Source: a virus
Lineage: Duplodnaviria > Caudoviricetes
Strand: one strand, 5' to 3'
DNA length: 43,303 nucleotides
IMG/VR virus record: IMGVR_UViG_3300044806_000263
Coordinates: 1 to 43,303 of that record
Shown: positions 1 to 8,127 of the stretch, piece after piece
Numbering within the stretch: position 1 is the stretch's first letter
Layout of the letters: the number at the start of each line of letters is the position of its first letter
Program-made: the position numbers and the translations under genes
The notes under the pieces: generated by a model
Told to the model about the DNA's origin: nothing
What the model saw: the letters and a program-made list of their open reading frames with translations, nothing else
Database searches by the model: none

Positions 1-127
1 TGAATTTCTTCAGGCCGCTTGTCCGGATTCTTGGCCGTGATTCGTTCACGGATAGATTCCATCATCTGCTTGACCGCAGGATGTTCCAGTGCAGGATTGT
101 TCGGCTTCTGGTTGCGTACCGTAAGCT
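1..127. repeat. 127-bp terminal overlap identical to 43177-43303 (circular assembly)
   Basis: Exact match read directly; it falls inside a coding sequence and 127 is a common assembler k-mer length. Confidence 0.95.
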
Positions 128-593
128 CTTTGAACTTGTTCGGCAGCGACTGGTTGAATCGTTCTCCGATTCGCTTGCCAGCTTGTTCCGTGGTTGCGGT
201 TTGGAGTTGCAACGACAACCCCAGCGCTTGCCGGGTTGAGTGTTGAATCAGATCCATCATCGACTGCATGTCGCCGCCAAGTGCTTTCTGCATCAGTTCC
301 GGAGGAGCCGAACGCAGGAAGTCTTGTCCTTGTGCTGCTTCAAGAATCTTTTGTGGATCAGAGTTGAACAGGGGGCTGGACCAGGGATCAGCGTTTTGGT
401 TCTGCTGATTGGGATCATTCTGCCAAAGGTTGGAGAACGCATCCATGGGGGAATTCTGTGGCTCTTGCTGCTGCTGGCCACCACCAGGCTGCATGGAAGA
501 TCCAGGAGTACCAGACGGCTGTTGCTGTTGCTGCGGAGCTTGCTGTTGCGGCTTGGAAGCAAACGGATTCAGATTGGAAAGAAAATTGCTCAT
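1..593 (-). CDS. Putative capsid scaffolding protein, 5' part (MSNFLSNLNPFASKPQQQ...), continues across the join to 43059; about 236 aa
   Basis: ATG at 593 is in frame with the 43059-43241 ORF once the overlap is removed; Q/P/N-rich low-complexity N-terminus; lies between portal and major capsid genes. Confidence 0.75.
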   Translation of the reverse strand, partial: MSNFLSNLNPFASKPQQQAPQQQQQPSGTPGSSMQPGGGQQQQEPQNSPMDAFSNLWQNDPNQQNQNADPWSSPLFNSDPQKILEAAQGQDFLRSAPPELMQKALGGDMQSMMDLIQHSTRQALGLSLQLQTATTEQAGKRIGERFNQSLPNKFKELTVRNQKPNNPALEHPAVKQMMESIRERITAKNPDKRPEEI

Positions 594-596
594 GAT

Positions 597-845
597 TTAT
601 TGACCCAGTTGACTGTTGATGAGATTGTCGAAGTTGCTTTGAGATGCTTGCGCGTTTGAACCTGCTTCGTCTAGAAGTTCTGCCAGTAGAGATACCTTTC
701 CTGAGATTGCTGCGTGTTGACGGATTTTCATGTGATCCTCGGCAGGATCATTGAATTGGAATCCTGCCAGAACATACACATATTCTTTGTGCAGTTCCGC
801 CAGAATGAGCTTTTGGTTGTCACTGAGGTTGAGCGGGTTGGACAT
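597..845 (-). CDS. Small hypothetical head-module protein (82 aa)
   Basis: Tightly packed between portal and scaffold on the same strand. Confidence 0.7.
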   Translation of the reverse strand: MSNPLNLSDNQKLILAELHKEYVYVLAGFQFNDPAEDHMKIRQHAAISGKVSLLAELLDEAGSNAQASQSNFDNLINSQLGQ

Positions 846-2697
846 TTGCAGAGTTCACTTGGTTGATGTAAGTTTGTTGGGCGGCAGCATCTCGCTTGAA
901 GTCGTCGATCCAAGTTGCACCACCCAGACGCATACCATATGCCCAGATGCCGAGCACATCGTATTCTGCTGCTGCCTGCGGATTGGTCATTGCAAACTGC
1001 AGCACTTGACCAAACATTTCTGTAGACAGCAGTTTCTCCACCGGCATCACACCATCAGCAACTTTGAGTTGCCAAGCAGTGGTGCGTAGATTGGCAGGAT
1101 CAATTTTGATCGGTTGTTTTGTCTGGCGATTGTACAGTTCAGTAGGTGGCTGGTACTGCAGCACGTTGGTCTTCAGAATGTGCTTGATCGGCTGCATGAA
1201 GCTAGTCTCAACCAGAACTGCCATCATTCGCGGCCGAGCATCACTGTTCTGCATCACCTCGCTGAATTCAAACCGCGATTTGTTGCCCTTTTGAAACTGA
1301 CCCTGTTGTACCCTGTTGATGCCACTGGCAACGTTGGCCATTTCAACCACTCGATCGCCGACAGCGAAAATTTCAGCAACACCATCGTCTCTGTACGGCA
1401 GCACATGGATGCCGTCAGTGATTGGTTTTCCGTATGCTTCAGTTTTCACTGCAATCCGAGAGACAGAATCAACCCTGTCAATGTCGCTTTTGTTGATTCT
1501 GCTGGGATCGTAGATGATGCGGTCGTAAACTTTGCGCCGTTGAGATGCAATGCCGGAAATGTACAGACCAGTAGCAATCTGTTGGTACGGAATTGCATTG
1601 TCCGCTACCGACTTGGTCTGATATCCTTGTCCATCCTCAATCAGCTGACCAACAATGATTGGCAGCATGTTGTGCGCGTTGGACATGCGTTCTGCGTAGA
1701 TGACGACAGTACGGTTGACAACGACAAACTTGTAGATTGCCGGTACACCGCCGTGGGAAGTTGCAATTCCCATCTCTCGCGGGATGACTCGCGCGTACAG
1801 GGTAGTGACTTCATACATGCTGGAATATCGGATTTTCTCTTCCGTCTCCAGCCGCGCCCAAGACAGCCAATTGAATCCGCCAGATCCGTCGGTGAGAAAT
1901 ACATCCGGATTGATTTGCGGCACGTAGAATGCATTGCTGCCACCAGGTGCAGTGGTGAACGAACAGTTTCCAGACTCGAAAGCCTTGGTACTGTTCATTG
2001 TGTTTTCAGCATCCAATTCCAGGAACAGATTCTTAAGCTGAATCTTGCTCATCAGTTCTGTATATCCTGCAAAATCTCCCTTGGTGTGAATCTCGCACGG
2101 CAGAACTCGAGTGTCCAGGATCAGATTGTACGGATCCAGACGACGAATCTGGTTGCCCTGGTATGCTGTCTCAACTGGTACACCATTCAGCAGGTCTTTG
2201 GCAGGTTGATTGGTGACTGTATACACCTTCTTCCGCTTCCAGGCAACTTCCACTGCCATCAAATTGTATTTTGCTCCATCGCGGAACGCCATACCAAGAT
2301 GTCGTGCCCATTGGAATTCGACAGCACTCTCGCCGAATATGGTGTCAACTTGCAGTGCCAGCGGCTCCACTTCTGGCTTCGACACCACTGGAAAGATAGG
2401 GTAGCTGCTGAGATACAGGTCGGAAAAGTACGCTACAGTGGTCTCTACTTGTGGCCCGACAACGGGTACAATGGGATTTTGTATTTTGGTGGCCACTCCG
2501 TTGTCATTGGACTGCTTGGCAACCGCTTGCTCCGCACTTCTGTCCTGCTGTTCCCGGTAGTATGCCAAATCTCGCTTCAGCAGCTGATGACGCAGTGTGT
2601 ATCCTGTACCCAGATTGGACAGTACATTGTTGAGATACGTCACAACAGCAGTTTGTGCATTCTGCGGCAACGACAGGGGAGTTGATCCGGTAGCCAT
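820..2697 (-). CDS. Portal protein (625 aa)
   Basis: Size, position directly after the large terminase, and podovirus portal-like C-terminal segment (SGINRVQQGQFQKGNKS). Confidence 0.85.
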   Translation of the reverse strand: MATGSTPLSLPQNAQTAVVTYLNNVLSNLGTGYTLRHQLLKRDLAYYREQQDRSAEQAVAKQSNDNGVATKIQNPIVPVVGPQVETTVAYFSDLYLSSYPIFPVVSKPEVEPLALQVDTIFGESAVEFQWARHLGMAFRDGAKYNLMAVEVAWKRKKVYTVTNQPAKDLLNGVPVETAYQGNQIRRLDPYNLILDTRVLPCEIHTKGDFAGYTELMSKIQLKNLFLELDAENTMNSTKAFESGNCSFTTAPGGSNAFYVPQINPDVFLTDGSGGFNWLSWARLETEEKIRYSSMYEVTTLYARVIPREMGIATSHGGVPAIYKFVVVNRTVVIYAERMSNAHNMLPIIVGQLIEDGQGYQTKSVADNAIPYQQIATGLYISGIASQRRKVYDRIIYDPSRINKSDIDRVDSVSRIAVKTEAYGKPITDGIHVLPYRDDGVAEIFAVGDRVVEMANVASGINRVQQGQFQKGNKSRFEFSEVMQNSDARPRMMAVLVETSFMQPIKHILKTNVLQYQPPTELYNRQTKQPIKIDPANLRTTAWQLKVADGVMPVEKLLSTEMFGQVLQFAMTNPQAAAEYDVLGIWAYGMRLGGATWIDDFKRDAAAQQTYINQVNSANVQPAQPQ

Positions 2698-2711
2698 TTG
2701 GATTGTTTCCT

Positions 2712-4199
2712 TTAGAACGGAAGTGCTAGGTCTGCTTCGTGAGAAGAAGAGGAGTGATCTGCCAGCATGTCAATTGCGATGAGTATTTCCCACTTGAACT
2801 TGACGATGACCTTCTGCATGTACGCTGCGATGTCAAGAACGTCATCTTTGTTCTTGGTTTTCAGCGGGTCATAATACACAGCTTCGTGCAGCAGTTCTGT
2901 ACGGGCATCCTGGTGCACCCAGACACGTTCAATTGCTGCTGTCATTTGTTTAAACAGCTGCAAGATACGTGAGGACTTAGACTCTCCTTCTGGATTTATC
3001 AGCAATACCTTGATGCTGTTGGTCAGTCCGAGCTGTGCCAGCCTCAGATCCATCCAGAATTTCAATGTACTCTGATATGCCACGTCCTCGATGACAATTG
3101 CTGACAGCCCGTACTTCGCTGCCAAGCTGATTGCTTCATTTATTGTTTGCCCGGGATTGAATTTGCCGGCCCTGACTTCTCGCAGCACTGGTTCTGTGTC
3201 GTATACCAACATAGCGCCAATTGCCACATTGTCCGATTTCTTTTTAGCTGCGCTTGGATCAATGATGACAGCTCCAGCTGATGCAAATTGCGGCTTGTGT
3301 GGATCGTCTCGCCAGATGTTGACTTTGGAAAAATCCAGACCGGACCTGCTACCTGCGACATCATCATTCATCACCTCTGAAAAGAAGATTTCCGGGTGCC
3401 CCATGTCCATGTCGTGTGACAGCTCGTCCAGAATGGCATCTACACTCTGCAGTTCCGGCCAAATGGATTCACCGTCATCAAGAATTGCACCAGTAACGAA
3501 GCTGGTCCACATGCTGTTGTGTTCCAGTTTCTTCAAAATCGTGCCTTCGTAGGGATATTTGTTGCCTACAAAGATTGTCAAACAGTTGATTTTATCCGCT
3601 GCCTTGAGCAGAGTTGCCATCATCCACTGGAGAACACTGTCTGCTTCAGTTTGGCTCTTGGCCTGTTCTCTGGATTGCATGTCATCCATGATGATTACAT
3701 CAGGACGAACGTATTTGATGTTCAATCCTCGCGGTGAGCCACCTTGGCCCAGTCCTGCAAGAATGATTGGCCTACCTCTGAATGTGAACTTCTTCAGCTC
3801 TTGTCTTTCCATCTCTGCTGTCATTCTCCAGTCGCCAAATACTCGGAGAAAGTTGATGCTGTTCATTACATCGCATACGTCAGCGATGAAGTTTTCAGCC
3901 AGCGGATGGGTGTTGCAAACAATCAGTATGAACTTCCTGTGTGTAAACAGGATGATCCAGATGACTAGCAGCTTCAACAACACTGTCTTGCCGAATCCGC
4001 GCGGAATGCCTATTGCGAATCTTGCAATTCCTGTTGTTTTCTTCGCTGCTTCAGTGAGCATCTGCCAGATGGCATGAAAAACGGGCGGAAACATGAACTT
4101 GAACATATCCGGCACACAGAACATGCCGAGAAAGTTCAGATTGTTCTCGCAGTAGTTTACTGCCTCTTCCCGTTGGACACTTGTGTCTAGACTGCTCAC
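2712..4199 (-). CDS. terL: Terminase large subunit (495 aa)
   Basis: Walker A PRGFGKT, Walker B IIMDD, RNase H-like nuclease acidic motifs IIDPS and KDDVLD. Confidence 0.93.
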   Translation of the reverse strand: MSSLDTSVQREEAVNYCENNLNFLGMFCVPDMFKFMFPPVFHAIWQMLTEAAKKTTGIARFAIGIPRGFGKTVLLKLLVIWIILFTHRKFILIVCNTHPLAENFIADVCDVMNSINFLRVFGDWRMTAEMERQELKKFTFRGRPIILAGLGQGGSPRGLNIKYVRPDVIIMDDMQSREQAKSQTEADSVLQWMMATLLKAADKINCLTIFVGNKYPYEGTILKKLEHNSMWTSFVTGAILDDGESIWPELQSVDAILDELSHDMDMGHPEIFFSEVMNDDVAGSRSGLDFSKVNIWRDDPHKPQFASAGAVIIDPSAAKKKSDNVAIGAMLVYDTEPVLREVRAGKFNPGQTINEAISLAAKYGLSAIVIEDVAYQSTLKFWMDLRLAQLGLTNSIKVLLINPEGESKSSRILQLFKQMTAAIERVWVHQDARTELLHEAVYYDPLKTKNKDDVLDIAAYMQKVIVKFKWEILIAIDMLADHSSSSHEADLALPF

Positions 4200-4753
4200 A
4201 GCGATTCCAGCAGAGACACAGTGTCAGGAGCAATGAGATGTTTGAGATGGCTGGTATCTTCCAGCAGCTCTACTGTCTTCTGCTGTTCCGCTTTGCGCCT
4301 GACCAGCAAATCTTCTACCGTTTTTGCTTGCATCGTCAGCATCGACCGGCCGGCTACTTCGATCACCTGATTGTTGCTTGTCACTTTGATTGCCACCCTC
4401 GCCACTTCTGGCAGTTCCAGTGTCACAATTGTTGCCGGCGCTGCAGCCGCATTGGCCGCTTCCGACCGCCGTTTAGCACCATTCAGTACCTTAAACACTG
4501 CCAGTGCTTTCATTGGATCAGTTACTGTATCCAGCAGTCTGCCTACCTTCTGCAGACTCCTGTCCTCCATACTATCCAACGTCACATCATGCTCTACATG
4601 ATTGACAGCTCTGCGTCCCAGACCTTCTTTGATCTGATCTTCGTGTTCCGCTGCTATCTGACTGACGTAACTGGCTTCGACCCCCACTGCGGCCGCTACA
4701 TTTACCGGCTTCACTCCGGCTGCCAACAGTTGGATAATTCGCTCTTTGCTCAT
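4196..4753 (-). CDS. Putative terminase small subunit (185 aa)
   Basis: N-terminal helix-turn-helix (VAAAVGVEASYVSQI); overlaps terL start by 4 nt. Confidence 0.7.
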   Translation of the reverse strand: MSKERIIQLLAAGVKPVNVAAAVGVEASYVSQIAAEHEDQIKEGLGRRAVNHVEHDVTLDSMEDRSLQKVGRLLDTVTDPMKALAVFKVLNGAKRRSEAANAAAAPATIVTLELPEVARVAIKVTSNNQVIEVAGRSMLTMQAKTVEDLLVRRKAEQQKTVELLEDTSHLKHLIAPDTVSLLESL

Positions 4754-4948
4754 GGTATCTACTCTACTCTCTCCTGCTCTGTTTCTGACACATAGTAATG
4801 TGGCGGCCGAAAGTATTTTGATATTGTGTGGTTGGAATTGGCTGTTGGTGGAGGATAGATTGAAAAATTTAGAAATTTTGGAGAGATGCTATAGGTATGT
4901 GCCCAGGCCCAAACGCGAAAAAGAGTCCCCACCCCCGTCAACGAAAGA

Positions 4949-5334
4949 GCGAAGCGAATGAGTCATCGTCAAACTGGATAGCGAACGAAGTGAGCAGCGT
5001 AGCGATAGCGAAGCAGAGAGAGCGGAGCGAACGATCAACTGTCTAGCTGCATGGCGCAGCACATCAGTGAACGAACGAAGTGAGTGAGCGAGAAACAAAC
5101 TGACTGCGTGGCGCAGCACACCAACGTAGCGCAGGAGCGTGCATGTATTGAATCGTTCAGATTCAATACATCAGCGAGAAGCGAAGTGTTGTCCGACTAG
5201 CCATCAGAGCAGTAGCTCTGCTGTGAGCGAGAGCGGAGATATTCGCGGCTAATAGCCTAATGTACTCATTAGGGTATTAGACGTGAATATCGTAGCGGAG
5301 CGAACATTCGTCTGTCTGTTATAGCGAGCGAAGC
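4949..5334 (+). repeat. Cluster of ten perfect GNA-triloop mini-hairpin heptamers (GCGAAGC, ACGAAGT, GCGTAGC, GCGGAGC, GCGCAGC)
   Basis: Copies start at 4949, 4985, 4997, 5008, 5022, 5054, 5075, 5111, 5295 and 5328, all on the + strand. Confidence 0.85.
5143..5171. repeat. Perfect 12-bp inverted repeat ATGTATTGAATC-gttca-GATTCAATACAT
   Basis: Read directly. Confidence 0.9.
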
Positions 5335-5346
5335 GAGCGGAGAAAT

Positions 5347-5367
5347 TGTAACAAAATGTAACAGCAA
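5347..5367 (+). promoter_or_regulatory. OmpR-family-like tandem box TGTAACAAAATGTAACA; inverted copy at 6917-6936
   Basis: Two GTAAC half-sites with 10-bp period; 19 of 20 nt match the inverted copy. Confidence 0.45.
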
Positions 5368-5376
5368 GTAGACAAC

Positions 5377-5407
5377 AAAAAGCCCAGCACTGTGAAAGCT
5401 GCTGGGC
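5377..5407 (-). terminator. Intrinsic terminator downstream of the 219-aa gene
   Basis: GCCCAGCA/TGCTGGGC stem followed by T5 on the minus strand. Confidence 0.75.
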
Positions 5408-5564
5408 GGCGGAAGTTAGCAGTATGCGATGCGGAAGACAGCACGGAATGTGCGTCTGTCTCTCTTGCCCCATCTGCGCCAGTGGTAGCGGACAGCCCAG
5501 TGCAGTCCGTGCACTGCGATATCGCTAGCCACTCGCTCGGTTAGCGGAAAGTCAACTGAGCCCA

Positions 5565-6224
5565 TCAGATTTCACCATCAGCGGCGAACGCCAGCGTTTG
5601 CTGTGCCTTCAAGCTGGCGATACGGTTACGCAAGCGCGCGGCCATCTGCTTCAAGATGGTGTGCTCTTGATCTACCTCTGCGTCCAGTCGGCGAAGCAAA
5701 GCGGTGCATTCTTCCTCATTGAACTCGATCACCGGCGCTGCCAGTTTGGCAAAGCCATTGTCTCGGTACAGCTTGATTGCGCCCGGACGCTTGGATTCAT
5801 CAGCGGCCTGAATCTTGCCCATCAGCGTGGAAGTGTCGAACCAGGAAACAATGCTGGCATTGTTCAGCCGGCCACCTTCGGCGCGCTTCGCTGCATACAT
5901 CAGCAGCGAGTCAACAGAGAACAAAGCGGCAGGCACTTCTGACAATTGCGGGTTGTCAGTCCACAGCGAATCGAACTGATCGCGAGCGATCTTGTACAGC
6001 GTGTCCAGCACAAGAGAGGTGAACGCGGACGGAACCGACGGCACAGACAGTTCCTGCATCACGATCCAGCGTGAGCGATCCTTCTCCGGGATCGGATTCT
6101 TCTCGGTGCTGTTGCGGCGGCATTGCAGGATGACGCGGTGAGTCGTTGCCAGTTCCTTATCGGTGATGGCGGGCGCGACGGTGGAAACGGGAACCATGGT
6201 GACAGTAGCTTCGGTGGTAGACAT
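5565..6224 (-). CDS. Stand-alone hypothetical protein (219 aa)
   Basis: TAGGAG ribosome-binding site, own sigma54-type promoter upstream and terminator downstream. Confidence 0.85.
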   Translation of the reverse strand: MSTTEATVTMVPVSTVAPAITDKELATTHRVILQCRRNSTEKNPIPEKDRSRWIVMQELSVPSVPSAFTSLVLDTLYKIARDQFDSLWTDNPQLSEVPAALFSVDSLLMYAAKRAEGGRLNNASIVSWFDTSTLMGKIQAADESKRPGAIKLYRDNGFAKLAAPVIEFNEEECTALLRRLDAEVDQEHTILKQMAARLRNRIASLKAQQTLAFAADGEI

Positions 6225-6274
6225 TTCGAGTAACTCCTAGTTGGTTGAACGGGCACAGCGCCCATCTATATAGT

Positions 6275-6291
6275 AGCAAGCGGTGTGCCAG
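6275..6291 (-). promoter_or_regulatory. Sigma54 (-24/-12) promoter CTGGCACACCGCTTGCT
   Basis: Matches TGGCAC-N5-TTGCW with exact spacing; predicted start about 40 nt before the ATG at 6224. Confidence 0.75.
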
Positions 6292-6402
6292 GATAAACAG
6301 GTGGTTTTAGTGGTGAAAACAACGGATAACAGGGAGTTATTCTCAGCAGTGAGAAACCTGCATTCCCAATTCCGAGAAGTGGGAAAGGTGGTTATATATT
6401 GT

Positions 6403-6419
6403 CTGGCATGAAAATTGCA
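6403..6419 (+). promoter_or_regulatory. Sigma54 (-24/-12) site CTGGCATGAAAATTGCA
   Basis: Matches TGGCAY-N5-TTGCW; no convincing ORF downstream. Confidence 0.65.
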
Positions 6420-6455
6420 CTGTCCCATTCAAGGCCTCGTGTATTCATTATGTGA

Positions 6456-6686
6456 GCGAAGCGAACCTGACTATTCGTCTACCGAAGGGGACGAATCAAG
6501 AGCAAAGGCTGTGCCAAACAACAGGAGGTGGAACTGGCGGGTAGCCATGAGTAATGTCAGCACGCAGCGAAGCGGTTCAACTCACTGACTATACGAGCAG
6601 TAGCTCGTCAGTGAATGATGGAACGAAGTGACGAATGAACTATCAACTGACATACTGCGTGGCGCAGCACACCACCACGAAGTGGT
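6456..6686 (+). repeat. Second GNA mini-hairpin cluster (six copies), including a 21-nt direct repeat of 5103-5123
   Basis: Hairpins at 6456, 6482, 6567, 6623, 6662 and 6674 (ACCAC-GAA-GTGGT); ACTGCGTGGCGCAGCACACCA at 6654-6674. Confidence 0.8.
6501..6517 (-). promoter_or_regulatory. Sigma54 (-24/-12) site TTGGCACAGCCTTTGCT
   Basis: Matches TGGCAC-N5-TTGCW with exact spacing. Confidence 0.65.
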
Positions 6687-7028
6687 ACAGCAATAGACTA
6701 GATTGGATGTGATCGAGTGACTCGATTCGTCTGACTGGTGAGAGCGGTAGTGGTAGACAGATGTCGTTACTCGCATGAGGGGGAAAATTTTTTACATAAA
6801 CAAGCACAAGATAGTAAGTTAGATATTGGGTGGCTGAAAAATGACCGAGCCGGATGTGGGCACATTGGTACAGTATAGTAGCAGCTAGACTCTATTGTGT
6901 GAGAGAAATTTAATTGTTGCTGTTACATTTGGTTACTGTCTTATTTAAGTGCACGGGGGTATTGTATAGTAGCTGATATATGATGGTTTGTGACTATATA
7001 TGCTAGAGTAAACAGCTTCAAGTGGACA

Positions 7029-7374
7029 TTATTCCTTATGTATTCAATTGTGCTATTGTGCGATTGTGTTCAATCAGGGGGTGCACGGGTGACCGGTCAG
7101 GATAGTAACTTACTCATTCTGTATCTCACATACTCTCATATCCTGTTATTCTCTCTATCTCTCTATATCTGGTATATATACTCTATCTTTGTTTTTATAT
7201 TTTAAGTGAGGGGTAGGTATAAAAGACATCAATTATGTATCATGAACAATACACTAGCAAAGGAAACAACAAGGAGAGAGACAGAATAAGATAGCAACAA
7301 ACACAACTCGGGAGGGCATGAGGGGCTGTTTGAGCACAATGACACAATAGCACAATTGAATACATGAGGAATAA
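7029..7374. repeat. 49-bp imperfect inverted repeat (7029-7077 and 7326-7374) flanking an AT-rich core; candidate origin or terminus signal
   Basis: Arms differ at 5 positions; each arm has three ATTGTG units at 8-bp spacing. Confidence 0.85.
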
Positions 7375-7422
7375 CAGGGGGATGAAGAGTCTAACATATA
7401 CGGCTAACAAACACTACTCTCC

Positions 7423-7579
7423 TCCGCCCTCAATGCGTGAACCCGCTAAGTGAGCGTACAAATAGCTCCTTCCCCATGTCAAGGCTAAACGCTTCGCGCT
7501 CACTGCGTTCGGCCTTGACAAGTGGGCCCTGTATCTATTTGTTCCGTTCACACGCGGTCACGGCATCGCGGGCTGCGGA
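7423..7579. other. Long imperfect foldback of about 157 nt
   Basis: Nested stems GTGAGCG/CGTTCAC, ACAAATAG/CTATTTGT and TGTCAAGGC/GCCTTGACA. Confidence 0.75.
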
Positions 7580-7745
7580 CAGAACAATAGCTGACAAATA
7601 ACATAACTGACAGAGTGTCTCTCTCATCTTATCCGGGCCCGCGAAACCATCCCGCGAAACTCTCTCGACCTGCAATCGCCGCGCAACAGCAAGATGAGCA
7701 GCCAGCAGCAATATAGTATAAACATTTACTTAGGGTTTACCCCTA

Positions 7746-7773
7746 TTGACGGGGCGGGCAAAACAACTATACT
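7746..7773 (+). promoter_or_regulatory. Sigma70-type early promoter TTGACG-N16-TATACT
   Basis: Near-consensus hexamers upstream of the first plus-strand gene. Confidence 0.7.
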
Positions 7774-7841
7774 TAAACGGTGCGCCAGGAGCGTCACGGA
7801 AGATAGTATGTTTGGAAACAAAGTAAGTTAGGAAACAAACC

Positions 7842-8105
7842 ATGACAACTTCTCGCAAAATCATCAACACAGTCCACTGTTCCAGTTCCGACTGGCCCAA
7901 TCTACTGGCGTCTACCAAATCCATTGCAAATGTTGAGATGGACAAAACCATCCAAGCCATTCTGCATCATCCGCTGAAGGATTTGGTGTCGGTTCCATTC
8001 ATGTTCTCATTCGCATATCGTCAGGCCAGGAAGTGGCATAACCCTGAGAAGGCGGCAATGATTGCATGCAAGGAAGTGGAAGAGAAACTGAGTTATTTGT
8101 ACTGA
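7842..8105 (+). CDS. Hypothetical early protein (87 aa)
   Basis: AGGAAAC ribosome-binding site; first gene after the promoter. Confidence 0.75.
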   Translation: MTTSRKIINTVHCSSSDWPNLLASTKSIANVEMDKTIQAILHHPLKDLVSVPFMFSFAYRQARKWHNPEKAAMIACKEVEEKLSYLY

Positions 8106-8127
8106 ACAAGGAAAGGAAACAAACACC

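Noticed and set aside
1-127. Biological direct terminal repeat
   Set aside because: The length equals a standard assembler k-mer and it cuts through the scaffold gene, so it is most likely a circularisation overlap.
1114-2685. 523-aa plus-strand ORF
   Set aside because: Antisense shadow of the portal gene with no recognisable motifs; the same applies to 30994-32145, 37545-38396 and 41850-43034.
4940-5340. CRISPR array or regular tandem repeat
   Set aside because: Units are 7-21 nt with irregular spacing and no repeat-spacer periodicity.
5249-5473. 74-aa minus-strand ORF
   Set aside because: It runs through the terminator and lacks a good ribosome-binding site.
5408-5570. Self-cleaving ribozyme in the structured trailer
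   Set aside because: CTGATGG lacks the hammerhead CUGANGA/GAAA core, and I could not match twister or HDV motifs by eye.
5348-6936. Invertible segment bounded by 20-bp inverted repeats
   Set aside because: No serine or tyrosine recombinase is visible, and the internal direct-repeat structure fits a regulator box better; reads could still be checked for inversion.
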